The notes: generated by a model from the letters alone, not told the origin. 58,458 bases of DNA from Ignavibacteria bacterium UBA6906 (GCA_002451155.1 DKBG01000127.1:14924-73381); one strand, 5' to 3'. Shown: positions 33,909-43,307, counted from the stretch's first letter. Program-made: numbers and translations.

Positions 33909-34897
33909 ACGCTCAAGGTCAACCCACATCCGAGTCGGCAGCGCCAGCAATTCCACGGCTTGCGGTCATCCTCGTCAACTTTGGCCGGGTTCGCGACACC
34001 GTCGATTGCGTCAGGTCACTTGAGGCAAGCTCCTACAGAGACTTCGAGGTTATTGTGGTGGACAACGCGTCGACTACACCCTCGTTCGCCGCGCTGCAGG
34101 CAGAATGTCCGAGAGCACGGATTGTACCCTCATCCATCAATGCTGGATTTGCGGAGGGGAACAATATTGCCCTCCGGTTGGCGCTCGAGAAGGGTTGTCA
34201 GTACCTTCTCCTGCTGAATAATGATACCCTGGTGGATTCCAGGGCGCTGTCTGCGCTCATAGACACACTGGAGAGGGATCGCACCATTGGTGTGACGGGG
34301 GGAAAAATCGTTTACGCTGCAACGCCGGCAGTGCTCTGGTACGCAGGGGGAATTCTCTCACCCGGGCGCGGCTTGGCGCGTCACCGCGGGATGGGCGAAC
34401 CGGACAGGGGCCAGTATGACCATCCAGGCGAAACGCCGTATGTCACGGGATGCTGCATGATGTTGCGGCGGGAAGTCTGCGAGACGATCGGCTTGCTCGA
34501 CCGTGGCTTCTTTGCATATTTTGAAGACGCGGATTATTGCCTCCGCGCGCACAATGCCGGCTTTCGCGTTTGGTATGAACCCCGCGCGCTGATTTATCAC
34601 AGCATCTCCGCCACGGCGGGATGGGACAGTCCGGTGTATCTCTACCTGAATCTCCGGAACAAGCTGCTTTTCATTCGGAAGCACACATCGGTCTTTTCCG
34701 CCCTGCTCCACGCTCCGCTTCTGGGCTGGTTTTACATCCGGCAATTTCTCCGCCTTTTTCTCAAATGGCGTGACATTGCCGGTTTGCGCGCGGCCTGGTG
34801 GGGAATGCAGGACGGGCTCAGAGGCAACTCAGGAGAGGATGGGTCGGGTAGGCTTTCTTCGCTCGACGTACATACGCGATCACGCCGCCGAACGTGA
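33905..34897 (+). CDS. GT2-family glycosyltransferase (WcaA / rhamnosyltransferase-like), paralog B
   Basis: LAVILVNFGRVRDTVDCVRSL...VVDNAS, LLNNDT, YFEDADYCLRAHNAGFRVWYEP. Clearly paralogous to 26247-27086. ATGA overlap with the upstream stop. Confidence 0.85.
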   Translation: MNAQGQPTSESAAPAIPRLAVILVNFGRVRDTVDCVRSLEASSYRDFEVIVVDNASTTPSFAALQAECPRARIVPSSINAGFAEGNNIALRLALEKGCQYLLLLNNDTLVDSRALSALIDTLERDRTIGVTGGKIVYAATPAVLWYAGGILSPGRGLARHRGMGEPDRGQYDHPGETPYVTGCCMMLRREVCETIGLLDRGFFAYFEDADYCLRAHNAGFRVWYEPRALIYHSISATAGWDSPVYLYLNLRNKLLFIRKHTSVFSALLHAPLLGWFYIRQFLRLFLKWRDIAGLRAAWWGMQDGLRGNSGEDGSGRLSSLDVHTRSRRRT

Positions 34898-34907
34898 GAG
34901 ATCACAC

Positions 34908-36044
34908 GTGAAGATCACCTTTTACAATGCTGCTTGGGCCACGATGGGCGGGGGAGAAAAATATCTCGCCGCGATGGCGGATGTGGCCGCGCAATCCGGA
35001 AATCACACGGTTACACTTCTTGTCGACAGCCCATCCCTCACCCTGGACCTTCTGCGCACTCGGTTCGGGCTCGGCTTGAGAGGAGTGGGTTTTCAGCGGA
35101 TCGATCGGCGTCATGTCCGCAATGCTCTCCGGAAAGCCGACCTTGCATGCATTGTCTCCAATGTTCTTCCTTTCGGCCATCCGGCTCCCGCCACGGTATA
35201 TGTGATGCAGGTTCCTCATCGACACGTCGCTCCTGCCTCAATTCTTGCGATGGTTCCTCGGATGGAGATCCACGAGGCAGCAAAGAGTCTAAGTCGTTTT
35301 GTTCTGCTGAGGGATGCACGCCGATCCAACGCCGTGCTCGTGTATTCCCAGTTTGCCGCCAATGTCCTTGAGCGCGAGCACAGCATCCGGGCGACGGTCC
35401 TGTACCCTCCTATCGACGATTTCGCCCCGGCGCCACCACTGCAGAAGCAGAAGATTATTCTCAGTGTTGGACGGATCTTCCGGGGACTGTACAACGACAA
35501 GCGTTACGACATCCTTCTCGACGGGTTCCGCCAGCTGTTTGCGCTGCCGGGTATGGGGGAATGGGAATACTGGATTGCCGGTGCCTGTGCGACGGATCAT
35601 GAGTCACAAAGCTACCTGCACGAACTCCGGAGACAGGCCGCAGGTCTCCCGGTTCGCTTTCTGGTAAACGTATCCCACCAGGAGCTTCGCGATTGCTATG
35701 CGCGGGCGTCTCTCTTCTGGCACGGCGCGGGGTACGGGGTGGATGAAACTCAGCACCCCGACCGGACCGAGCACTTCGGCATGTCGACCGTCGAGTCGAT
35801 GTCTGCCTTTTGCATCCCGCTTGTTGTCGCAAAGGGAGGGCAGAAAGAGATTGTATCTGATGGAGAATCCGGATACCTTTGGAACACGCTCGATGAACTG
35901 GTGCATCGCACTGTTGCACTAGCCAGCGATCCGTCCCGTCTTGTCGGTCTCCGCGAGGGTGCGCGCGTTCGTTACACAGCGTTTTCGCGTTCCGTATTTG
36001 AGGAATCTGTCCGCACCTTTCTCGACTCCATACGCAGATTCTGA
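34908..36044 (+). CDS. GT4-family glycosyltransferase
   Basis: The start is set at GTG 34908 (VKITFYNAAWATMGGGEKY), 10 nt after the upstream stop. The C-terminal half has EHFGMSTVESMSAFCIPLV, the GT4 E-x7-E region. Confidence 0.83.
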   Translation: MKITFYNAAWATMGGGEKYLAAMADVAAQSGNHTVTLLVDSPSLTLDLLRTRFGLGLRGVGFQRIDRRHVRNALRKADLACIVSNVLPFGHPAPATVYVMQVPHRHVAPASILAMVPRMEIHEAAKSLSRFVLLRDARRSNAVLVYSQFAANVLEREHSIRATVLYPPIDDFAPAPPLQKQKIILSVGRIFRGLYNDKRYDILLDGFRQLFALPGMGEWEYWIAGACATDHESQSYLHELRRQAAGLPVRFLVNVSHQELRDCYARASLFWHGAGYGVDETQHPDRTEHFGMSTVESMSAFCIPLVVAKGGQKEIVSDGESGYLWNTLDELVHRTVALASDPSRLVGLREGARVRYTAFSRSVFEESVRTFLDSIRRF

Positions 36045-36112
36045 GACCGGGGGACAGTCCATCACCAGACTATAAACATACTCCGTCTTCCTTCACCGCC
36101 ACTTCCGCCACG

Positions 36113-38638
36113 ATGACAAAAACCAGCAAGCAGCAACGCAGGTCGGCTTCGGCTCCCGCGACAGTTCTCGATTCTTTCTCACCCACGGTCCGCGACCTGC
36201 TTTCCATCGCACTTCTCTATCTTCTCGCATTCGTCGTCTTCCGGGAGGTTATTCTCAACGACATGGCTTTTTCCTCTCAGGGAGACACCATCGCAGCCAT
36301 CACCTACGGGCATGCGGGCACGGTGCTCCAGGAGAAAGAAGGACGGGATGTCTTGTGGATGCCGTTTTTCTTCAGCGGGATGCCGACATTCGGAAATCTG
36401 GCTTTCCTCCCGCACGACGTGAACTACATCCAACGCATCCTCACCAAGATTCTCATGCTGATTTTCCTCAATGGGACATGGACGTGGTTTGTTGGCTACT
36501 ATTTCATCGGGGGGGTGTTCATGTTTCTTCTGCTGCGCCACCTCGAGTTCTTGAGACCGATTGCCCTCTTTGGCGCGATTACCTTTATGCTGAGCCCGTA
36601 TGCTGTCGGACTTGCGGGCGAGGGTCACGGATCAAAACTCATGGCCCTCGTGTATCTTCCTCTACTCTTTCTCCTGGCGCATACCCTCTTTCGCCGGCGA
36701 GATGCCTTGAGCACGGGCCTTGTTGCCGCAGCGCTGGGCACGCTTCTTCTGACCAACCATCTCCAAATCGTCTATTACGAACTCGGGCTTCTCACACTCT
36801 ATTTGATCTACTATGTCATCACGGAAGCGCGGCAGGGTCTCAGGGCTGTCTCCGGAGGAACGCTCCTCTTTCTCGCAGCTCTTATCCTGGGATTCTGCAT
36901 CTCTTCCTACGTCTATCTCTCCGTCCAGGAGTATGCTCAGTATTCCATTCGAGGCGGAGGAACCCAGGGATCGACCGGGGGCCTCACCTGGGATTACGCA
37001 ACGAACTGGTCCTGGCATCCCGGAGAGCTCATTACTCTTCTACTCCCGGGGTTCTACGGCATGCAGGCATCCTTATACTGGGGCCCGGTGCTTCCATGGA
37101 CCAATTCTTCGGTCTACATCGGGCTCCTGCCTCTCTTCTTTTCCATTCTCGCGCTGTTGTACCGCCGGAACTCAATGACGATCTTCCTTGCCGTTGTGAG
37201 CGTCATTGTCCTTCTTGTTTCGCTGGGAAGGAACTTCGCGCCACTCTACGAATTGCTCTTTGTGACGCTCCCGTTTTTTAACAAATTCCGAGCGCCTTCA
37301 ATGATCCTGCATCTGCTCCCTTTCCTCCTTGGAATCCTGGGAGCGTACGGCCTCGCCTTTCTCCTGAACGCCCAGGAGCAGCTGAAAGAGGAGCAACGAC
37401 AGAAGCTACTGAAGATATTCCTGATGGCGACCTGGGGCATGCTCGCGTTGCTTGGATGTGCCATTATTCTGAAAGGATGGCTTTTTGATTCACTTTCGGG
37501 GACCATGTTTCTCAGGGAGGGTGAGGCGGCACAGTATCGGCAGCAGTTCGGGCAGCAGGCGGCACGCGCAATTTCGCAGGTCAAGCAGATGCGCTTCGAC
37601 GTGTTCTGGAAGGACCTGACACGGTTTGCCGCCCTTGGCTCGATCGCGATGGGCGGGACATGGATGTTCCTCCGCCGATCGTTGCGTGTCAACCTCTACG
37701 CTGCAGGCGTCGTCATCTTTGTGATTGTCGATCTCTGGAGCGTGTCCGCGAAATACATCACGCCCGTTCCCGACAAGGATATCGAGGGATCCCTTCGCCC
37801 GAGTGCGACCATACTCTATCTGAAGGAACAGAAGGGGCTCTTCCGGATCTTTCCCGTCGGTCAGACCTTTATGGACAACAGCTACGCCTACCACGGGCTT
37901 CAATCCATCGGAGGATACAGTCCGGCAAAACTCAAAATCTATCAGACGATGCTCGATTCCTGCCTGGAACGAGGGGGAACGGGAATTCTCCCATGGAATC
38001 TCAACGTCCTCAATATGCTCAACGTTGAGTATCTTGTGGTACCGGGACTTCTTCCTGAGACTTCTCCATTCAAGCAGGTCAACGTCGATCAGACGCAACG
38101 GCTTATTACGTACATGAACCCTGCTGCGCTCCCTCGTGCCTGGTACGTTGGAGACATTACCGTGGCGGGTTCTGACCACGAGGTGTTTCAGAAATTGAAC
38201 GCGCCCGATTTCGATCCCGCCAGGACCGCCATCTGCGCCATCCGCCCCGCAGCGCCGGTGGAGACACCTGACAGTGGGTCGTTACCCGTCATCACCCAGT
38301 ACGAATCAGGCCGCATCGCCCTTCATTCCGACACGAAGGTCCCGACGCTTCTTGTCCTGAGTGAAATTTACTATCCCGCAGGATGGAAGGCTTTTGTTGA
38401 TGGCGAGGAGACGGAAATTCTTCGTACCAACTATGTCCTCCGTTCTATTCCTGTTCCGGCCGGCAATCATGAAATCGAGTTCAGGTTCGAACCCGAAACG
38501 TACCGGATCGGATGGATCCTGAGCAACGCAGCGTGGGGAGTGACTGCCCTGCTGGTTCTCTTTGGTGCATGGAGGCTTCCGTCCGTCCGCAGCCGATTCT
38601 CCCGGTCAGGATCGTCGTCTTCCCCCACGGAGAGTTGA
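36113..38638 (+). CDS. YfhO-family polytopic membrane protein (GT-C-type glycosyltransferase candidate), copy 2
   Basis: 841 aa, many TM helices. C-terminal domain with YYPAGWKAFVDGEETEILRTNYVLRSIPVPAGNHEIEFRF, paralleling copy 1. Confidence 0.78.
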   Translation: MTKTSKQQRRSASAPATVLDSFSPTVRDLLSIALLYLLAFVVFREVILNDMAFSSQGDTIAAITYGHAGTVLQEKEGRDVLWMPFFFSGMPTFGNLAFLPHDVNYIQRILTKILMLIFLNGTWTWFVGYYFIGGVFMFLLLRHLEFLRPIALFGAITFMLSPYAVGLAGEGHGSKLMALVYLPLLFLLAHTLFRRRDALSTGLVAAALGTLLLTNHLQIVYYELGLLTLYLIYYVITEARQGLRAVSGGTLLFLAALILGFCISSYVYLSVQEYAQYSIRGGGTQGSTGGLTWDYATNWSWHPGELITLLLPGFYGMQASLYWGPVLPWTNSSVYIGLLPLFFSILALLYRRNSMTIFLAVVSVIVLLVSLGRNFAPLYELLFVTLPFFNKFRAPSMILHLLPFLLGILGAYGLAFLLNAQEQLKEEQRQKLLKIFLMATWGMLALLGCAIILKGWLFDSLSGTMFLREGEAAQYRQQFGQQAARAISQVKQMRFDVFWKDLTRFAALGSIAMGGTWMFLRRSLRVNLYAAGVVIFVIVDLWSVSAKYITPVPDKDIEGSLRPSATILYLKEQKGLFRIFPVGQTFMDNSYAYHGLQSIGGYSPAKLKIYQTMLDSCLERGGTGILPWNLNVLNMLNVEYLVVPGLLPETSPFKQVNVDQTQRLITYMNPAALPRAWYVGDITVAGSDHEVFQKLNAPDFDPARTAICAIRPAAPVETPDSGSLPVITQYESGRIALHSDTKVPTLLVLSEIYYPAGWKAFVDGEETEILRTNYVLRSIPVPAGNHEIEFRFEPETYRIGWILSNAAWGVTALLVLFGAWRLPSVRSRFSRSGSSSSPTES

Positions 38639-38663
38639 GAATGGCTCGCTCGGTTTCTATATT
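38635..38663 (+). promoter_or_regulatory. Candidate sigma70 promoter of the ybbR-like gene
   Basis: TTGAGA-N17-TATATT, overlapping the YfhO-2 stop codon. It is about 95 nt upstream of ATG 38760. Confidence 0.4.
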
Positions 38664-38759
38664 TGCTGAGCACGGCGGCCAGAGATTGCGGGCCTGTGCT
38701 TCGGCCGACTCCATCTCCATGTCCCGCTGGAGTCTTTTCTGTCTTCAGGGATTGGGATC

Positions 38760-39740
38760 ATGAAGGAACGGCACTATCGCATCATGTTTGCCGCGGCGGT
38801 ATTCGGCGCGATTGTCTGGCTTTCCGTCAGCCTGCGAGAACAATACCAAGTCACCGTTCAGGCACCTTTGGCCATAGAGGAGATCCCGTCCGGATGGGCC
38901 ATTCGCACCCCCCTCCCTCCTGCGGTGCAGTTGAAGTACCGTGGAGACGGCTGGCGACTTCTCTTCCTTGTTCTCGGCTCGGAGATCAAACTGTCTTCTC
39001 CATACGCGTCGCTGGCCGGCTCCGTTTCAGGACAGACAGCTGACGCATCGCTCCTGCCGTCGCCTGCAACTGCACGCCAGGCCCGATCGATATCTCTGTT
39101 CGATCTTGCCGACCGGATGGTTTCCCGGCCCGGAATTGAGTTGGTAAGTGTTACCCCGGATTCGTTTCTCATCGGACTCGACCGCTACGAAGAGAAACGC
39201 GTCCCGGTCGCGCCCGATCTTACACTCAGTTTTCGCGAAGGGTATGGACAGGTAGGAGGCGCAACGGTTGTCCCTGACAGCATCACGCTCGGTGGGGCCG
39301 CATCCGTCCTGACGGCCATTACGACGTGGCCCACGATCAGCGAGAGGTGGGATGATCTGCGCCTGCCTGTGGAGCAGGATGTCCCATTGTCTCCGAGCGT
39401 CGGGTATCAGCTGACTTTCTCCACTCCTCAGGTTCATATCAGCCTCAATGTTCAACCCTTTGCCGAAAAGACGTTCCCGGGAATTGTTGTTGCGGTCCCA
39501 GGCGCACCCTCTGATCGAGAAGTGATCCTTATCCCTCCGAAGATCGAGATTGTTGCGCGGGCTGGAATACGAAAACTAGCGGCGCTTGAACCGGGAGAGT
39601 TCAGGGTTTTCATCGACTATCAGACCATCCTGGCAGATTCAACAGGGATGATCGAGCCGACCGTGATCGGACCGCCGGAAGTCCAGGTGGTTAGCCGGCG
39701 TCCCGACCGCTGTCAATACATCGTGCGAAGAAAGCTGTAG
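38760..39740 (+). CDS. YbbR-like domain protein (CdaR-like)
   Basis: 326 aa. N-terminal TM anchor followed by repeated beta-rich segments with the YbbR-type pattern (...QYQVTVQAPLAIEEIPSGW...). No cdaA nearby. Confidence 0.6.
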   Translation: MKERHYRIMFAAAVFGAIVWLSVSLREQYQVTVQAPLAIEEIPSGWAIRTPLPPAVQLKYRGDGWRLLFLVLGSEIKLSSPYASLAGSVSGQTADASLLPSPATARQARSISLFDLADRMVSRPGIELVSVTPDSFLIGLDRYEEKRVPVAPDLTLSFREGYGQVGGATVVPDSITLGGAASVLTAITTWPTISERWDDLRLPVEQDVPLSPSVGYQLTFSTPQVHISLNVQPFAEKTFPGIVVAVPGAPSDREVILIPPKIEIVARAGIRKLAALEPGEFRVFIDYQTILADSTGMIEPTVIGPPEVQVVSRRPDRCQYIVRRKL

Positions 39741-39938
39741 CCAATGTTCCCGGGTCCGTTCTCCCGTTCAGCCTCGTTGTGGGACGGCTTCTTCCGGTAA
39801 GCAACAGCCGTTCCACCCCCGCACGCCGGGCTCTACGCGGCCGGGTGGGCGTCATCTCTGGCACGGGAACAGCGCTTCTACTTCCCACGGCACGGCGGGA
39901 CGACACCCCGAATTGAACAACAAGGCATCGAGGTTTGT

Positions 39939-40649
39939 ATGCGGCTGTGCATCAACATTGACCATATTGCGAGCCTTCGCGAAGCACGTGGCGGAATAGA
40001 GCCGGATCCCGTAACTGCCGCCCATCTTTGCGAGCTTGCGGGTGCCGACGGTATTGTCTGTCATCTGCGCGAAGACCGTCGTCACATCAACGATCGCGAC
40101 CTTCGTCTCCTCCGTGAGACCGTAAAGACCAAACTCGATATGGAAATGGCCGCCACGGACGAGATCATACGCATCGCCGTTGAGACTCTTCCCGATCTCG
40201 CCACACTTGTGCCGGAGCGCCGGCAAGAGCTTACTACTGAAGGGGGTCTGGACGTGGCCGGGCACCGACATCACCTGCGTGACGTCGTCAAGGAGTTGCA
40301 CCGCCACGACATCGATGTCAGCCTGTTTATTGATCCGGTTCCGGATCAAGTCACTGCCGCCCACGATATCGAGGCCGATTTCATTGAGATCCACACAGGA
40401 GAGTACGCCAATGCCCGGACGGAGGAGGAGGCGCACACCCAGTTAGCCACAATTCGGGAAGCCGCGGTGATGGCAAGGCAGCTCGGCTTGCGAGTGAATG
40501 CCGGACACGGATTGAATTACCTGAACATTGCTCTGTTTCGAACCATCGCCGAAATTGAAGAGGTGAGCATTGGTCACGCAATTCTCTCGCGCGCCATTCT
40601 GGTTGGCCTGGAGCGTGCAGTCCGCGATATGCTTGCCCTTGTGCGCTGA
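39939..40649 (+). CDS. pdxJ: Pyridoxine 5'-phosphate synthase
   Basis: 236 aa. LCINIDHIASLREARGGIEPDP, VCHLREDRRHINDRD, EIHTGEYA, NAGHGLNY. Confidence 0.93.
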   Translation: MRLCINIDHIASLREARGGIEPDPVTAAHLCELAGADGIVCHLREDRRHINDRDLRLLRETVKTKLDMEMAATDEIIRIAVETLPDLATLVPERRQELTTEGGLDVAGHRHHLRDVVKELHRHDIDVSLFIDPVPDQVTAAHDIEADFIEIHTGEYANARTEEEAHTQLATIREAAVMARQLGLRVNAGHGLNYLNIALFRTIAEIEEVSIGHAILSRAILVGLERAVRDMLALVR

Positions 40650-40668
40650 CGGAGCGCGCATGTTCCAC

Positions 40669-40718
40669 GGCGAAAATAGCACCGCCGGGCCCCTGGGCCC
40701 GGCGGTGCTATTTTCGCC
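40669..40718. terminator. Bidirectional intrinsic terminator (perfect 23-bp inverted repeat)
   Basis: GGCGAAAATAGCACCGCCGGGCC-cctg-GGCCCGGCGGTGCTATTTTCGCC. The inner 13-bp GC stem is followed by TATTTTCGCC on either strand. It lies between convergent pdxJ and the nuclease gene. Confidence 0.72.
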
Positions 40719-40733
40719 GAAATCGGATCCTTC

Positions 40734-41339
40734 TCAGTCCCGCATTTCCAGCTTCCTGATTTCATCCCGGATCATTGCTGCACGCTCATAGTTCTCTTTC
40801 TCGATTGCTTCCTTGAGTTGCTGGTGGAGCTGCTCGAGTTTCGCCTGTTTTGTCATGGGTTGCGACGGCGACTTCTGCTTCGTCTGTTGCTTTGCTGGAG
40901 GAGTCTGCTGAGGCTGCTCCTCCTCTTCTTCTTCCGGCACAAAGGCCGCCTCGTCCATAACTGACGATGCAACGTAGATCTGGACGCCGTATCTTACCGC
41001 GAGTGCTATCGCATCACTCGGACGGGAATCAACCTGCTGTGTCTCCAGATTCAGTTTTGCGTAAAAGGTCCCGTCGCGCAGGTCATCGATGATGACGTCA
41101 TTGAGTTCTGATCCCAGGGCGGCAATGATGTTCTTCATCAAATCATGGGTCAGGGGGCGCGGAGGTTTTATTCCTTCCATTTCCAGTGCGATTGACTGAG
41201 CTTCTGCCTGCCCGATGATAATGGGCAGGCGGCGGTTGCCGTCAATTTCCCTGAGTATAAGCGCATATGCCCCGCCGCTTGCAGGGTTCGTCGATAATCC
41301 CAGGATATCTACAAGCACTCGTTCCACGCCACCCTCCAT
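40734..41339 (-). CDS. Bifunctional nuclease (DNase/RNase, DUF151-type) with C-terminal UVR motif
   Basis: 201 aa. YALILREIDGNRRLPIIIGQAEAQSIALEMEGIKPPRPLTHDL. An acidic/Q-rich linker, then a UvrB/C-like KLEQLHQQLKEAIEKENYERAAMIRDEIRKLE. Confidence 0.8.
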   Translation of the reverse strand: MEGGVERVLVDILGLSTNPASGGAYALILREIDGNRRLPIIIGQAEAQSIALEMEGIKPPRPLTHDLMKNIIAALGSELNDVIIDDLRDGTFYAKLNLETQQVDSRPSDAIALAVRYGVQIYVASSVMDEAAFVPEEEEEEQPQQTPPAKQQTKQKSPSQPMTKQAKLEQLHQQLKEAIEKENYERAAMIRDEIRKLEMRD

Positions 41340-41383
41340 TCTCCCATCTCACCGGTACGCAAAAAACCATTCACAAGCAAGCA

Positions 41384-42355
41384 TTACCTCCCAAGTGCTT
41401 GCTTCAGCTGCGCGGTAAGTTCTGGAAGCACCTCAAACACATCACCGACAATTCCATAATCAGCCATCTGGAAGATCGGCGCATCCTTATCCTTGTTGAT
41501 TGCCACGATAAACCGGGACGATGACATCCCTGCGAGATGCTGGACCGCTCCAGAGATTCCACACGCGATGTACAACATCGGTGACACCGTTTTACCGGTC
41601 TGGCCCACCTGTTCACTATGTGGTCGCCACCCTGCATCCACCACTGCTCGCGACGCACCGACAGCTGCACCCAGAACATCTGCGAGCTGCTCAACCAGGG
41701 CAAAGTGTTCCGGTCCCTTCATCCCGCGTCCTCCGGAGACGATCATGTCGGCCTCTGTAACGTCCGGCCTGCCCGTGGCAACTTTTGCATCGATCACGAC
41801 AGAGCCAAAATCCTCCGCGCCCAAGGCAACGGAGATTTTCTCTACGGCCGCGACACCCGACCCTGGAGTAGCTGTGAAGACATTAGGCCGTAGCGTGTAG
41901 ACCTTGACGGGCGTCGTTATGGAGACATCGAGCAGGGCTTTCCCCGCGAAGACCGGCCTGGTGGCCACCAGGACCTGGTCCTCCATGGTCAGGGCAACAC
42001 AGTCGGCGGCGAGGCCGGCCTTCAACTTCTCCGCCACCCGGGGAGCCACATCTTTTCCCATCTGACTTGCAGAAAGGACTACGATCTCTGCTCCTTGCTG
42101 TTCTGCCACCGTTGCGATCACCTTCGCGCAGGCAGTGCTCGAGTACCGGGCCAAGTCCGGTTGATCAACCGCAATGACCTGGTTGGCACCATACGGGCCC
42201 AGCTCAGCCGCAATGACCTCCACGCCACTTCCTGCAACAAGGGCAACAACGGTCCCTCCGAGCGAATCGGCCAATCTGCGTGCAGCCTGGACTGCCTCCA
42301 GTGAAGATTTCTTGAACTTGTTTTCACGTTGCTCTGCAAATGCCAGCACTTTCAT
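41384..42355 (-). CDS. etfA: Electron transfer flavoprotein, alpha subunit
   Basis: 323 aa. C-terminal FAD-binding region PMLYIACGISGAVQHLAGMSSSRFIVAINKDKDAPIF. Confidence 0.92.
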   Translation of the reverse strand: MKVLAFAEQRENKFKKSSLEAVQAARRLADSLGGTVVALVAGSGVEVIAAELGPYGANQVIAVDQPDLARYSSTACAKVIATVAEQQGAEIVVLSASQMGKDVAPRVAEKLKAGLAADCVALTMEDQVLVATRPVFAGKALLDVSITTPVKVYTLRPNVFTATPGSGVAAVEKISVALGAEDFGSVVIDAKVATGRPDVTEADMIVSGGRGMKGPEHFALVEQLADVLGAAVGASRAVVDAGWRPHSEQVGQTGKTVSPMLYIACGISGAVQHLAGMSSSRFIVAINKDKDAPIFQMADYGIVGDVFEVLPELTAQLKQALGR

Positions 42356-42373
42356 TGTTTACGCTCCCGCTAT

Positions 42374-43120
42374 TCAAATAACCTTTGCTTCTTCATGTAG
42401 AAGGCGGACCAGCTCGGCCACCGCGGATTTGTCTGTGCCGATAATCCGGCCAGGATTTTTCGCTGCCGGCTTCCGCATACGGATGGCCGCAACGCGGACG
42501 GCGGCGGGCAGGGCAGCCTTTTCTTCAATCGGCTTCGTTTTGGCGGCCATAATCCCTTTCAGCGAGGGATAGCGTGGATCGTTGAGCCCCTTTTGCGCGG
42601 TAAACACTGCCGGCAATTTCGTTTCCACTGTTTCGTGCCCCCCTTCGATTTCTCGGTCGCAGACGACCTTCCCGTCCTGAATATCCATTTTCACGACCAC
42701 AGAGACCGACGGCAGACCAAGCATCTCGGCTACCAGCGTTCCTACCTGGCCGTCATCGTAGTCAATCGACTGCTTTCCGAAGAGAATGACATCAGGTGCC
42801 AGGCTTTTCAGTTCATCGGCAAGTCCGGCTGCAACCCCGCATGAGTCCCTCACTCCCTCATCCTTGAGGAGAACAGCCCGGTCCGCGCCCATTGCGAGGG
42901 CCTTCCGCAGTGTCTCCTTGTGAGATTCCGGTCCAAGGCTGATGGCTACAACTTCACCTCTGAATTTTTCTCGGATACGAAGCCCCTCTTCGACCGCAAA
43001 TTCGTCATACGGGCTCAGCATAAAGTTCACTCCCGTTTTGTCGATCGCCAGACCATCCGGTCCGACCTTCACCTTTGTTTCCGTATCCGGAACATGATTG
43101 ATACACACCGCAACCTTCAT
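42374..43120 (-). CDS. etfB: Electron transfer flavoprotein, beta subunit
   Basis: 248 aa. MKVAVCINHVPDTETKVKV..., NPYDEFAVEE-like SPYDEFAVEEGLRI, DVILFGKQSIDYDDGQVG. Confidence 0.92.
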   Translation of the reverse strand: MKVAVCINHVPDTETKVKVGPDGLAIDKTGVNFMLSPYDEFAVEEGLRIREKFRGEVVAISLGPESHKETLRKALAMGADRAVLLKDEGVRDSCGVAAGLADELKSLAPDVILFGKQSIDYDDGQVGTLVAEMLGLPSVSVVVKMDIQDGKVVCDREIEGGHETVETKLPAVFTAQKGLNDPRYPSLKGIMAAKTKPIEEKAALPAAVRVAAIRMRKPAAKNPGRIIGTDKSAVAELVRLLHEEAKVI

Positions 43121-43198
43121 CGGGATGCCTCTCTTCTGATCTGAAACATGGTACGGTTTGGGCAGGGCGCTCGCTTCACGCTGGAAGGCCAGGGCATA

Positions 43199-43227
43199 AA
43201 TATAGCCACGACCTCGGAAAAAGGCAA
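43199..43227 (-). promoter_or_regulatory. Candidate sigma70 promoter of etfBA
   Basis: The minus strand reads TTGCCT-N17-TATATT, about 78 nt upstream of the etfB ATG. Confidence 0.45.
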
Positions 43228-43232
43228 CCGCG

Positions 43233-43261
43233 TTGACTTTCTGAGCGTTTTTTGGTAGCTT
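43233..43261 (+). promoter_or_regulatory. Candidate sigma70 promoter of rpsT
   Basis: TTGACT, a 17-nt spacer ending in TGG, then TAGCTT. Its -35 box lies 5 nt from the divergent etfB -35 box. Confidence 0.45.
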
Positions 43262-43307
43262 AAGGGTTCAATACACTGTCCGACGTTTGCACCAGAGGGG
43301 AACCCGT

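Noticed and set aside
39859-39874. TGGCACGGGAACAGCG upstream of pdxJ, considered as a sigma54 promoter (GG-N10-GC spacing is satisfied).
   Set aside because: The -12 element is CAGC rather than TTGC. pdxJ is a housekeeping gene with no reason for sigma54 control. This is likely a chance match in GC-rich DNA.
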